Below, piece by piece: positions 1 to 12,807 of a stretch of DNA of 64,000 bases. Below the pieces are notes generated by a model. It worked only from the letters and a program-made list of their open reading frames with translations. It had not been told where the DNA came from and searched no databases. The stretch comes from Octopus vulgaris. Its lineage: Eukaryota. Where the stretch lies: positions 35,836,001 to 35,900,000 of the forward strand of contig OX597831.1 of the NCBI GenBank assembly GCA_951406725.2, read 5' to 3'. Numbering within the stretch: position 1 is the first letter of the stretch; each line of letters starts with the position of its first letter. Made by a program: the position numbers and the translations under genes.

Positions 1-222
1 AGGCCCACTTGATATTCCATAGAGCTTCTGGAGCAGAGTAATCCAGTTTGTACTCATATGAGAGAATCACTCAACATAGTTTGGTTGTTATCATTTTCAT
101 AAGGATTGTGGGTACGAATTTTGTATGCCAATATTGTTAGGAAAGAAAAAGAGTCAAGATTAAATGCAAGGTATACATAATTGAGTTTTTAAATGACTGA
201 AATAACAAGTAATTAAAAATTT

Positions 223-296
<74 letters not shown>

Positions 297-332
297 TACA
301 TACATACATACATACACACATACATACATACA

Positions 333-368
<36 letters not shown>

Positions 369-470
369 TTTATATATATCATCAGTGGATCAAATAGCTG
401 CAAAAGAAGCACACTCTAAAGGCTAGAGCATTCATGTATTTACCTGCAGTTAAATATATGTTAGGTCATA

Positions 471-530
471 GAGTGACCAATGGTTTCATATCCAATAGGC
501 ACTTAGCTCTGTAGATGACTCGTCAGACTC
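471..530 (-). ncRNA. Type I hammerhead ribozyme motif (Penelope-like element associated)
   Basis: Minus strand reads GAGT-CTGACGA-gtcatct...ggatat-GAAA-CCATTG-GTC-ACTC. Stem I is GAGT/ACTC, the CUGANGA and GAAA cores are intact and the cleavage triplet is GUC. Stem II is imperfect. Confidence 0.6.
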
Positions 531-1131
531 CAGTGGATGTAGATATATAACTTCTCATCGAAGTAGAGGTAGAAAACCGCGATGGTCAGTTACTTTGTAG
601 ACAAAAGAATAATATACACTGTCTGAGCCTTAAAAAGGACAAGTGACCACCCTTAGACCGATGGGATTGCTAAAAGGTAAAATAGGAAATCTCTGCCCTT
701 ATGCTAGTTCCAGTATGTAAGTACTTTATACAGTTCTAATCAATGAATGGGGTATCTCATGCCTACAACAAGTAGTGTTTCACATGGGGGCATGAGCTAT
801 AGATCTCATGTCTTGAGTTTAATGACAATGATGGAGGTGGGAGCAACAGCAATGTATTAAGTGACAGAAAAACTTGCACCAACAACTATAACCACAGTGG
901 CTCATCCAACAACATCGTTGACAACAATGACAATGGCAATGGCAGCAGCGGCAGCGACATATTAAGTGGCAGAAACTCCAGCACTAACAGCAGCTACTGC
1001 AACATCAGCACAAGTGCTATGGATGGAGATGACAACCATACCAGTACACAATTCCAGGCCTGGAGTCAATGGAAGATACATCAGAGGTGAGAGCACAACC
1101 AACACTCAAGTTTGAAGATTCATCAGGTCAG

Positions 1132-1443
1132 CTGGAACTGCCTTTAAGCAGAGCCTGTACAACCATTATTCCTCTTTAAAGGTTCCAAAAGAAATATTAC
1201 AATATGTCTTTGGCCAGCCACATGTGAAACCTTAAGAATGAAGGAACTCCATATGAAATTAAATAGAAGATCATAGAGCAGCCAAGGTCCCATATTAACA
1301 GAAGTGGATGGTAAAAACTTTGCATAGCAGAGTGAGCAAAGATCCTTAAAGACTTGCTGGTTCTGATGTCTCTCTTAAACACAAGACACAAGATCTATAG
1401 CCTCTGCCCCCATTTCAAACACTTCTTGCTGCAGGCATGGAAT
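1132..1443 (+). pseudogene. Decayed Penelope-like element, GIY-YIG endonuclease C-terminal region
   Basis: Translation across stops and a frameshift gives GTAFKQSLYNHYSSLK...SLASHM*NLKNEGTPYEIK*KIIEQ...KLCIAE*...LLNTRHKIYSLCPH. This follows the Penelope pattern FK.RY.NH.SSF / LS.Y.W.LK / Y.I.WKI / C.LCL.EK / LLNKR.E....C.H. Confidence 0.75.
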
Positions 1444-1465
1444 TCCTCATTCTGTGATTAGAACC

Positions 1466-1502
<37 letters not shown>

Positions 1503-2210
1503 CATACATACATAAATATATGTGTGTATATATTTATATATATCAAATGGTAATCTTTATAATCTACTTAACATGGATTAATTATTAGAATAACAACTGT
1601 AGTATTCACCTTGAGTAATCCTCTCATTATAGACATTAAGTGCTAAGAGCATTAACATACATCAGTAAGAGATGAGAATGTCTGGTACAGGCACTGGAAC
1701 TGTCAGATCATGTGATTTCAATGTATTTCACCTTCTTAGAGCCAGGTGTCCACTCACTGCATATGAGCAAAATCTCACTGTCAAAGATTTATAGAATAAT
1801 AGTGACTTTTCAGTGACTGATGACACACTACACAACAGGCTTATTAAAATAAAATAATAAGTATTGGCAATAGAAGCAGAATTACTACTAAATGACAATC
1901 TTCATATCCAACTTAATGTGGATGCTTTGTTAGAATGTTGAATACTCTGTTATTTGCCTTGAGAGACAAATGGGTTGTGGCAAGTGGAGGTCTGCCAATG
2001 AGGAAGCGCAGTATGCTGAAATCATGTGCAGTTTTAGCATCAATACCAAACAGTTCTTATCTACTACCACTATATTTCTGTGCTCTTAGCTCCATACATT
2101 TATATAACAGGATCTCTCTACGTGAATACCATACTATGTAGAATGCTAATAATGCATCCATGTCAATACGATAGAAAGATTGCCACTTGGTGTTAATACT
2201 TCTTCTACCA

Positions 2211-2230
2211 TCTCTCTCTCTCTCTCACTG

Positions 2231-2278
<48 letters not shown>

Positions 2279-2312
2279 AATCAGTCAATCTCTCTATCAC
2301 TCTCTCTCTCTT

Positions 2313-2349
<37 letters not shown>

Positions 2350-2382
2350 TTATCTATCCATCTATCAATCAATCTCTATAAC

Positions 2383-2420
<38 letters not shown>

Positions 2421-2500
2421 ATCTCTCTCTCTCTCTCTATCTATCTATTTATCTAATCTCTCTCTCTCTGTATATATATATATATATATGTATATATAGA
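2211..2500. repeat. (TC)n/(TATC)n compound microsatellite
   Basis: Directly visible; source of the LSIY-repeat ORFs. Confidence 0.95.
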
Positions 2501-2778
2501 TAAATATGTATATATACTTCTATGTCTGTACCTATATCTATTGACCTATCCTTCATTACTTAGATACACGTACCTACAAACACACATGTACATTTGCAAT
2601 TCCTCTTATCGTCTTCATATTATTCATCAGCTGAAAATTTTTGGCAAACTATGTTTCCAGCAATACAATTATTTATTATGCACACACACACATACAGACA
2701 CACACATATATATATATATGAGTGTATGTGTGTGTGTATGTATGTATATATATGTGTATATACTTTATATATGTATAT

Positions 2779-2837
<59 letters not shown>

Positions 2838-3109
2838 ATATTGTATTTATATTTTTTTGTTTGTTATGAAGTTTCATGTGAGCATGCTTCTTATTTCTCT
2901 AATTTCCAATTTCTATTTATTAATTTATTTTTTTATTTATGCATTCATTTATTTATTTATTAGGTCTTTCTGTCTTTAAATATGTTGAAAAGAAAAACCT
3001 GAAGCATACAATGGTATTATTATCTTTGATGCTATTCAACAAGATAGGAAAGAAATGACAAACCAGAAGACATCATCTATCTATCTGCCTATTTGTCTGT
3101 CTTCTTTAC

Positions 3110-3116
3110 ATATATA

Positions 3117-3152
<36 letters not shown>

Positions 3153-3370
3153 TGTATGTATGTATGTATGTATGTATGTATGTATGTATGTATGTATATA
3201 TGTATGTATGTATGTATGTATATTTGTATGTATGTATGTATGTATGTATGTATGTATGCGTGTGTGTATGCATGCATATATGTATGTATGGTACATGTAT
3301 AAATGTATGCATACATATATATATATACGTAGCACGCACACACATATATATACGACATACGCACATTAAC

Positions 3371-3419
<49 letters not shown>

Positions 3420-4362
3420 CATGTATGAACACTGCTGTATCTGTAAAAATGGACATTTTTCAATCCACACAACTAGCCAAAGGGCCAATATTATTCTATG
3501 TTGAGAAATATATTTTTTCTAATGAGAAAAATGGTAAAATATCAAGAGTAAAGATAAAAGAAAAAAAAGACATGGATAATGAAGACACCAACAGCAGCAG
3601 CAGCATTGGCAGTAGCAGCAGTAGCAGCAATAGCAGCAATAGCAACATCAGCAACAATTGCAACTATCATGCAACAAAAGAATTAATACTAAAACATAAA
3701 TGTTTGAAGATTTATTTGGTAGATTCTGTCATCAGACACACACACACACACACTCACACACACACACACATATACATTCATATACATAGACATACATACA
3801 AACATACATATACACATTCATATACACACATACATACATACATACACACACATACATACATACACATACGTATATACATTACATACATGCACACACATAC
3901 ATACACACACACATACATACATACATACATACGTAAATACATAGATACATACATACACATATATACATACATAAATACATAGATACATATATACATATAT
4001 ATACATGCATAAATACATACATGCATATATACATACAAACATAAATACATAAAGACATACATATATACATACTTACATAAATACACAAATACATACATAC
4101 TTACATAAAGGCATAAATACATATATATGTACATATAAATTCATATCTATATTCATAGACATATGCATTCATTCATACACACATATACATACATACATAC
4201 ATAAATGCATACATACATAAATGCATACATACATACATATACATTCATTTCACACACATACATTCACAGACACATGCGTTCATACACACGCATATACACA
4301 CATATACATACATACATACATAGATACAGATACAAATGCATAGAAATATAGACACATACACA
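3110..4362. repeat. (TATG)n, (TG)n, (AGC)n and (CATA)n microsatellite cluster
   Basis: Directly visible; explains the 284-aa ORF at 3128-3982. Confidence 0.9.
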
Positions 4363-4457
4363 CTAGCATTCTAGTGTTGAAGATGTAAAAACACAAACTC
4401 TCACCTGCAATGTTAACATGCACCTATGCACATAAACACATAGAAATGTAGATATAG

Positions 4458-4765
4458 ATGCAGCCATGGCTGTGGGGTAAGAAGCTTGCTTCCCAACCAC
4501 ATGGTTCCGGGTTCTGTTCCACTGCATGGCACCATGGGCAAGTGTCTTCTACCATAGCCTTGGGCTGACCAAAGCCATGAGCGGGTTTGGTAAATGGAAA
4601 CTGAAGGCAGCTCATTGTTTGTGTGTTAGTGTTTGTGTTTGTCCCCTCATCACCACCTGACAACTGGTGTTGGTGTGTTTATGTCCCCGAAACATAACAG
4701 TTCGGCAAAAAGGCACCAATGGAATAAGTACTAAGCTTAAAAATAGTCCTGCGGTTGATTTATGC
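4458..4765 (+). mobile_element. tRNA-derived SINE family B (CORE-SINE-like), 3'-truncated
   Basis: A-box-like TGGCTGTGGGGTAAG, B-box-like GGTTCTGTTCC and CATGGGCAAGTGTC core. Many near-identical copies occur in the window. Confidence 0.8.
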
Positions 4766-4852
4766 TTGCGTGGTGAATTTTGAAAAATTATAACATATAA
4801 TGATGAGACACGTGTTATTTGTCTCTAAATTATATGTTAATTGTTATGGCAC

Positions 4853-4921
4853 GGTTACTGATGAGGATTCGCCTAGCAAATTATTTTATTTGCTGAAGAA
4901 ATCTGAAACCTAGGTATAACC
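4853..4921 (+). ncRNA. Minimal type I hammerhead ribozyme motif within an AT-rich element of about 320 bp (approx. 4766-5085)
   Basis: GGTTA-CTGATGA-GGATT-(30-nt loop containing AGCAAAT/ATTTGCT)-AATCT-GAAA-C-CTAG-G-TA-TAACC. Stem I is GGTTA/TAACC, the stem III loop CTAG is palindromic and the triplet is GUA. Confidence 0.8.
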
Positions 4922-5469
4922 ATAAAAAATAGCAAGGTAAAAGGTTCTATTTTTCATTCCCTTCGAAAATTGCCCTTAAATGTGGTTTTGGTCATTTTGT
5001 CTGCTTCTTCTAGCATCTAAAAAAATTACCTGTTAAAGGTAATTATGTTTAAATGTACACTATTTTATATTGTAAATACTTACATATATAGAAATGGTTC
5101 TGTGGTAATAAGTTTGTTTCCCAAACAAATGGCTCTAGGTTCAGTCACATTGCAAGGCACCTGGGTCAAGTGTCTTCTTAAAGCAACTGATGAGGTGAGT
5201 TGAGTTTAACCCAAGGCACCAGGTGAGAGTCACTGATGAGCATTAATATAAATGTGAAATTACTGGTGATCTGGGAATGCCAAGGTGCTGAGGAATCTTG
5301 CCTCTCTTGTCAGTCATTAAGATAAGTGCTTCTTGTGGATATGAGTTGTTTTAACTCTTATTTCTAGCAATACTGGTGCTAACTAGTGTCCTCAGTCAAT
5401 TTAGTAACGTATATATTTCTGTCTTTCGGTTGTAAAATTGCAAGCAAGCCACCCTTATTATATATATAT

Positions 5470-5700
5470 ATTACGGAGATGTACTTGCATAGTAAGTGAC
5501 CTGATCTGAGATTGTATACTGGAATGAAAACATGGAAGCGTAGAAGGTGCTCACTGTCAATATTCCGTGCAGCATGGAATTTTGTCAGTGAACAGGCCGC
5601 GGTCTCAAAGCGCGAATTAAATTTAAATGTTGAAGTGAATCTAACGGTTTTGGTGTGTTTTTTAAGTGGCTTATAAACAGCTTCCACACTGCAATTGTAT
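5470..5700. mobile_element. (TA)n-embedded fold-back element, probably Penelope-like derived
   Basis: Central imperfect palindrome CACTGTCAATATTCCGTGC-A-GCATGGAATTTTGTCAGTG, an outer partial inverted match, and TA tracts on both sides. Confidence 0.5.
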
Positions 5701-5727
5701 ACATATATACATATATATATGTATTTA

Positions 5728-5784
<57 letters not shown>

Positions 5785-5934
5785 TACTTAGGGGTCATCC
5801 CTCTTCTATGTATGTTATATAATTTTTCTGAATCTTCATGTAAAACATTATGTACATACATACCCATAGATGTGTATATTTATGTATGTGTATATACATA
5901 TGTGTGTGTGTGTGTGTCTGTCTGTCTGTACATA

Positions 5935-6570
5935 TTACTCTTTTACTCTTTTACTTGTTTCAGTCTTTTGCCTGTGGCCATGCTGGAGCACCGCCTTTAA
6001 TCGAGCAAATCGACCCCGGGACTTATTCTTTGTAAGCCCAGTACTTATTCTATCGGTCTCTTTTGCCGAGCCGCTAAGTGACGGGGACGTAAACACACCA
6101 GCATTGGTTGTCAAGCAATGCTAGAGGGACAAACACAGACACACAAACATATACACACACATGCACATATATATATATACATATATACGACAGGCTTCTT
6201 TCAGTTTCCGTCTATCAAATCCACTCACAAGGCATTGGTCGGCCCGAGGCTATAGCAGAAGACACTTGCCTAAGATGCCACGCAGTGGGACTGAACCCGG
6301 AAGCATGTGGTTGGTTAGCAAGCTACTTACCACACAGCCACTCCTGCACCTATATCTGTATGTATATTTTTCTTTTATTTGTTTCAGTCATTTAACTGCG
6401 GCCCTGCTGGAGCAATGCCTTTTGTCAAACAAATTGACCCCAAGATATATTCTTTGTAAGCCTAGTACTTATTCTATTGGTTTCTTTTGCCAAACTGCTA
6501 AGTTACAGTTATGTAAACACACCAACATCTGTTGTTGAATGATGGTGAGCAGGGGCAAACAGACACATAA

Positions 6571-6623
<53 letters not shown>

Positions 6624-6765
6624 CACAATGGGCTTCTTTGAAATCCACTTACAAGGCTTTGGTTGGTCAGAGGCTACAGTAGAAGACACTTGCCCAAGGT
6701 GCCATGCAGTGGGATTGAACTCGGAACAATGTTGGAAAGCAAGCTTCTTACCACACAGCCATGCA
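5935..6765 (-). mobile_element. Two tandem SINE family B copies (approx. 5935-6352 and 6370-6765)
   Basis: Full head-to-tail match to the family, including the internal (TA)n/(TG)n tract and the GTAAAAGAGTAAAAGAG tail. Confidence 0.85.
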
Positions 6766-6904
6766 CACACACACACACATACACACACGTAGACACACAC
6801 ATGCACACACACACACAGATATGTCCATTGATTTATCAATATAAGATCATGGCATCAATTATATATGTGATAATGTATTAAGGTGTGTATATACATATAC
6901 ATAA

Positions 6905-7237
6905 AGGGTAAAGACCCCCTTCGGTCATGAATGACCATGGGTTTGCACCTAGAAAGTTACCCTCCTAGACACAAGTCCGGGCAAGGTTGTTTATGGAAGA
7001 CCAGCAGTCGCCCATGCATACCAGCCTCCCCTCTCCACGCCACCAGTGTTATCCAAGGGAAAGACAAAGGTCGATACAGCTTGGCACCAGTGACGTCGCA
7101 ACTCATTTCTACAGCTGAGTGAACTGGAGCAACGTGAAATAAAGTGCCTTGCTCAAGAACACAACACGCAGCCCGGTCCGGGATTCGAGCTCACAACCTC
7201 ACGATCGTAAGCTCGACGCTCTAACCACTGAGCCATG
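6905..7237 (-). mobile_element. tRNA-derived SINE family C
   Basis: Minus strand TGGCTCAGTGGTTAGAGCG...GAGCTCGAATCCC (A and B boxes). Matches copies at 53691-54026 and 62925-63255. Confidence 0.85.
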
Positions 7238-7946
7238 TATATATACATATACGCTCACATATATATATGTATGCTTGTATGTATACCTGTATGTATGAAT
7301 CTATGTATATATGTATGTATATAAAAATGTATGCATGTATGTATGTAAGTATGTATGTATGAACGTATGTATCTATCTATATGTATATATATATATATCT
7401 ACATATGTATAATATTATCAGAAAATCAGGTGATAAAGGGTTTCAAAAGGATATTGATAAATTGTCTTCATTCATAAAGTCACGTAAAGACCATGTATCT
7501 TGTAGATATCACATGTAAGGTTCTATACTGGAACATAACAAGACACACATATGCTTGCATGTGAACACATGCACACATACACGCATGTGAACACTCGCAT
7601 ATATAGAGACACAGTGAAATGCAGACATATACACACACTGACAGAAGCTCACAAACACCACACAAAACACACACACATACACATACACATACACACACAG
7701 TGAAATGCAGACATACACACACTGACACAACTCGCATATACAACACAAAACACACACTCACACACATATACACAAATGAATACACGAGCACACGCTTAGG
7801 AATTACAACTCCTAATGATAAAAGTCAAATATTTTCTTTTATATACGCCAAGTTCAAACGCGGATATCATTGCATTAACTTGCACAGCTGCAAGTTGGAT
7901 TTATTTTGCCTCATTCTTATTTTTCTTTTTTCTTTTTTTCTTTTTG

Positions 7947-8002
<56 letters not shown>

Positions 8003-8269
8003 TTACACTTCAAACTGTTTTTAAAGAAAAATTATATTTCATTTTCTTTCTTTTATCGTACTTTTTTCTCCATCGCCGTTGCTCCACATTAAAACCCCTT
8101 CACACAGAGAAACAAACACCAAAAGAAAAATATATTCCTTCTTCTTATATTGATCTTCTATATTCCCTGGAAACCAGTGACAACAGCAGCAGTGGTAGTA
8201 GCAGCAGCTACCTTAAAATAATGACCACTGCATTAGCTATATAGGCACAGGTAAGGCTATGTGATTTTT

Positions 8270-8695
8270 TTCTACTCTAGGCACAAGGCCTGAAATTTTT
8301 GGGAAGGGGGCCAGTCAATTGCATCGACTCCAGTACACAACTGATACTTAATTTATCGACTCCGAAAGGATGAAAGGCAATGTTGACCTTGGCAGAATTT
8401 GAACTCAGAACGTAAAGATAGACGAAATACCACTAAGCATTTCACCTGGCATGCCAACATTTCTGCCAGTTCACTGCCTTTTTCTTTTCTGCTCTAGGCA
8501 CAAGGGCTGAAATTTTGGGGAAAGGGGCCAGTCAATTACATCCACCCCAGTACACAACTGGTACTTAATTTACTGATCCCGAAAGGATGAAAGGCAAAGT
8601 TGACCTCGGCAGAATTTGAACTCAGAATGTAAAGACAGACGAAATAGCGCTTAGCATTTTTCCCGGCATACTAACGTTTCTGCCAGCTCATTGCC
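8270..8695 (-). mobile_element. Two tandem SINE family A copies (tRNA head, Meta-like central domain)
   Basis: Reverse complement of GGCGGCGAGCTGGCAGAAACGTTAG...GAGTTCAAATTC...GCCTTTCATCCTTTCGGGGTCGATAAATTAAGTACCAG, present twice. Confidence 0.85.
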
Positions 8696-9043
8696 TTGTA
8701 AGGCTGTGTAATTAAAAGCTTGATTGAAACTAAATGGGGTTTGAAAATGCCCCTAAATTAAAAAAAATTGTAGTTGTTTTTAAATAGATTTTACTCACAT
8801 ACATACTCTTAGTCATTAGTCTTTTACTCTTTTATTTGTTTCAGTCATCTGACTGCTGCCATGCTGGAGCACTGCCTTTTAGTCGAACAAATCAACCCTA
8901 GTGCTTATTCTATCGGTCTCATTTTTGCTACAATTTTCTTGTTAGATTCAACGAAATAAAAATTACAGCGATGTAAACACACCAGCTTTGGCTGTCAAGC
9001 GAGGGTGGGGGACAAACAACACACACACACATACACACACACA

Positions 9044-9076
<33 letters not shown>

Positions 9077-9080
<4 letters not shown>

Positions 9081-9297
9081 ACAATCAAGGAACAGCCATA
9101 ATAGGCCATTCACCCACTAGAAATAACAGCCAAAGCTTCAACCGCAAATAAAAGTTAATTCTGTAAACCAGGAGAAAATTTAAAAAACATTTAAATTTTC
9201 TCCTGGTTTACAGAATTAACTTTTATTTGCGGTTGAAGCTTTGGCTGTTATTTCTAGTGGGTGAATGGCCTATTATGGCCGTTCCTTGATTGTTGAT
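9077..9297. repeat. Near-perfect fold-back inverted repeat (108-bp arms, 5-nt loop), part of a TA-inserted element extending to about 9400
   Basis: 9077-9184 is the reverse complement of 9190-9297 with one mismatch seen (AACAGCC vs AACGGCC). The loop is AAACA. Confidence 0.95.
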
Positions 9298-9395
9298 GTT
9301 AAACTTAAAAATGGTCTATGACTATTTAACTTTTTCCTACTAGGCCGCTGGTGGCAAAAGAATTCTACAAAATTTTTTTGCCACCCTATATTGAT

Positions 9396-9440
<45 letters not shown>

Positions 9441-9450
<10 letters not shown>

Positions 9451-9612
9451 TTCGAGACAAAACCACTATTTTGCAAAACAAACAAGGAAAGACTTAATCA
9501 ATACATAAAAATTTTAATATAAAATAAATAAATAAATTACTATAAAATTGGATTTAATCCCAAATCTGATTTTTTCCCTGTAAATTTGGATTTATTCCCT
9601 AATATTTATTAT

Positions 9613-9615
<3 letters not shown>
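9441..9615 (-). mobile_element. Internally deleted copy of the 13081-13472 hammerhead-bearing element
   Basis: Both ends match 13081-13472 in reverse (TATTAGGGAATAAATCCAAATTTACAGGG and AGTGGTTTTGTCTC). The ribozyme-containing middle is missing. Confidence 0.75.
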
Positions 9616-9647
<32 letters not shown>

Positions 9648-10168
9648 GCATATATGATGGACTTCTTTCAGTTTCCGTCTACCAAATCTATATGTACCAA
9701 ACTAGTTTTGACAATTTAGTTTCTGATTCATTTCACATTGCACAACACCTTAGGCCAGCCCCTGGATGACCAATGAGGCTGTATATAATGATACCTATCC
9801 AAGATGCCGCCTGGTGGAATTGAACCCAAAAGCAGATGCTTGCAAAGCAAAATTCTTAACTACTTAGCCATACTTGTAAGTACATATACATATATATAAT
9901 TACACAGATATAAACACATATATTTAAAATCCTTGCTGTCATTGGCTTAATAAGGTTCTTTTAAAGACATGTATATATAAGTTTACATTAAAAAAAAAAA
10001 CTTGTTTGTCAAAGACTTAATAAGATATTTTTTAAGGTGTATATATAAATATATATGTATATCTTATAAGAAAACCTTGCTTGTCAATGTGTTAATAAGG
10101 TTTTCTTAAGATATCTGTAAATATGCACGTACATGTGTGTGTATATATCTATATATCTATATACATAC

Positions 10169-10220
<52 letters not shown>

Positions 10221-10308
10221 CACAAACACCCTCCCCACACACACACGTGTGTGTTTTCAGAACACTTTACTGTCAGGGAGTTAATAAGGTTTCTGAAGAT
10301 ATTTATAC

Positions 10309-10346
<38 letters not shown>

Positions 10347-10359
10347 GTATGTATATATG

Positions 10360-10404
<45 letters not shown>

Positions 10405-10472
10405 TATATGTATATATGTATATATGCATATATATATATGTATATATATCTGTATGTATTTATATATGTATA

Positions 10473-10568
<96 letters not shown>

Positions 10569-10953
10569 TATGTATATAGGCTCATGTACAGATATATATA
10601 TATATATATATGTTACATAACACCTCGTTGTCGATGAGTTAATGTCTTCAAGAAACAAACCAAATAAACTTGTTTAACAGTTGTTCTGTGTAAATGACTA
10701 ACACACGTTTCTGTTCAAACAGTAAATCATGTTGTCAATAAATTAACTGATGTAATTGAAGGAGCAAAGTATGAAATACATTCAAAACATAAAAAAAAAA
10801 GAAAACAAGCAGAAAAAAAAAATTTGAAAGGATGAAAAAAAAAAATATCTATATATATATATAAAAAAAAAAATTATGTTTCAGCTTATTATAAAGTAAT
10901 TTTGTAGCAGATGAAAATTTTGCCAATTGCCAGATGCTCAGAACTGAAATTAC

Positions 10954-11071
<118 letters not shown>

Positions 11072-11412
11072 GATTATCACTTTCATTTTCATCATCATCA
11101 TCATCATCATTATCATTTGTTAATTTGCTACTATGGAGATAAATAATTGATAGTAGAACATGAGATGAAGTTTAGTTGGTTGTTTCACTATGAGTTTGAC
11201 AAAGTTTGGAGTTATATCTTACTTGCAAATCTCATTGTGATATAATATAGTATCTCTTTCTCTCTCTTCCCCTCTCTCTCCCTCCCTCTCTCTCTATCTA
11301 TCTCTCTAGTTTAGAATAGATGTATTAGAAGTTTTCTTATCAATAATTCTGCTGATTCAAACATCGTTCCTCAGACTGCCCTGCAACAGAAAGAAAACTG
11401 TAATAAGAATTG

Positions 11413-12150
11413 GATGGTGTGAAAGGGTAGTGGTTTGGAATAATTACACTGTGTAATACGATTTTTGTCCTTTGGGTAGTGACTGCTATTTCCTATTTGC
11501 TTACTGTAGGAAGTATGAAAAACGGCTAATATCTCCTTCAAATTTTGCTTTAGTTATATTTATTTAAACCCCAAAGAATTCCTCTCTGCACATGGCTATA
11601 ATGCTCTGCCATTACTCCTACTTGTCATAAGAGATTCTTGTACTGTCAACTGCTAAGGGACATGCTCATGTGGTGAAGGTCCAGCAACTGAGAAGCAAAT
11701 TTGAGGTTTTGAGTAAAATATCTGCTGTGGCCCATCTTTTACACCAAGTGCCGATTGCTTTGGCTCTTTGTAGATTTAATTCAAGACTGAGATGATGTGA
11801 AAGGGTTTTCTGTTGGGAGGGTTAACACTGTGTAACACGATTTTTGTCCTGGGGTAGCGACTGTTATTTCCTATTTTCCTACCCCTAGAAGGTATGAAAA
11901 CTTTCAAATCTTGCTTTAGTTATGATATTTATTCAAACCCCAACTTTTTAACCCATGGCTATGATGCTTCTCCATTGCTCCTACTTGTGATCAGAGATGC
12001 TCATATTGTCAGCCACTTAGGGACATGCTCAACTGGTTAAGGTCAAATGAGTGACAAGCAAATCTGTGGTACTCAGCAGGATATTTGCTGTAGCCCATCT
12101 CTTACACCAAGTGCCAATTGTTCTGGCACTTTGTAGTCCAAGTTCAAATC
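11413..12150 (+). repeat. Diverged tandem duplication of about 378 bp, each unit containing the 3' part of repeat family F
   Basis: GATGGTGTGAAAGGGT...ACACTGTGTAATACGATTTTTGTCCT at 11413 recurs at 11791. Both units end CCCATCTT(T)ACACCAAGTGCC. Confidence 0.85.
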
Positions 12151-12807
12151 CCAGCAGGGTGAACATTGCCTTGGAAACATGTGAGGGGTTGGTAACAGGA
12201 AAGGCATCCAGCTATAGAGAAAGCAATCTCAACAAATTCCATCTGACCCATGCTAGCATTGGAATGTGAATGTTAAAGGATGATGATGGGGATTGATAAA
12301 TAAACAATCAGTCAATTAGAGGGACAGAGTCCTAACACCAGGCTATTGGTATCGTGGTACTTAAAGTGAAATAATAAAAAATATATATTTATATAAAGAC
12401 TTACTGTATGGCCAAGCCCAATAAATACAAAGTTTGAAAAGAAAAAAATGGTTTGAGAAGGTCAAGTGAAAGCTGGGACATCTTTGATCATTTGGCTGCT
12501 GGATAAGTGATAAGTGCTGATTTGGGGACTAGAAGCAACAACAATAACAATGACATCAGTGGGTTCACTTAAACTTATTTAAACTGCTAGAAATAATCGT
12601 TACACATATTACAAAACATGCACACACACACACACACACACACAATCAACATTTAATGTGCTGAACAAATGACTTGTAAAATATAGTCCTGACATGATGT
12701 ATTAACAAAAAAAAAAGAGGACTTGATGAATGCTGGATTTCTTTGAATCATGCTACCCTGGTATGAAGCAATAATTGCACCTCAGTGCCAACATTAAACG
12801 AAATTAT

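Larger units (their letters stand above)
8820..9875 (-). mobile_element. SINE family B copy split by insertions in its internal (TA)n tract
   Basis: Tail half at about 8820-9045 and a degenerate head half at about 9655-9875. Confidence 0.7.

Noticed and set aside
1-175. Possible second GIY-YIG C-terminal relic (NPVCTHMRE...RKEKES)
   Set aside because: Too short and degenerate to support by eye.
4405-4423. Possible 19-nt micro-exon on the minus strand (catag|GTGCATGTTAACATTGCAG|gtgaga)
   Set aside because: The splice dinucleotides fit, but such matches are expected by chance. The length is not a multiple of three and there is no supporting context.
5870-6538. Recurrent peptides such as VEDTCPRCHAVGLNPEPCGW and [19 protein letters not shown]
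   Set aside because: They are translations of SINE family B, recurring at each copy in different frames.
6905-7237. tRNA-like sequences at SINE heads (also 55400-55482 and 62680-62762)
   Set aside because: A and B boxes are present but continue into SINE bodies with TSDs, with no proper acceptor stem. They are not tRNA genes.
9930-10305. Repeat-spacer pattern as a CRISPR array
   Set aside because: Eukaryotic context, degenerate units, microsatellite spacers and no cas genes.
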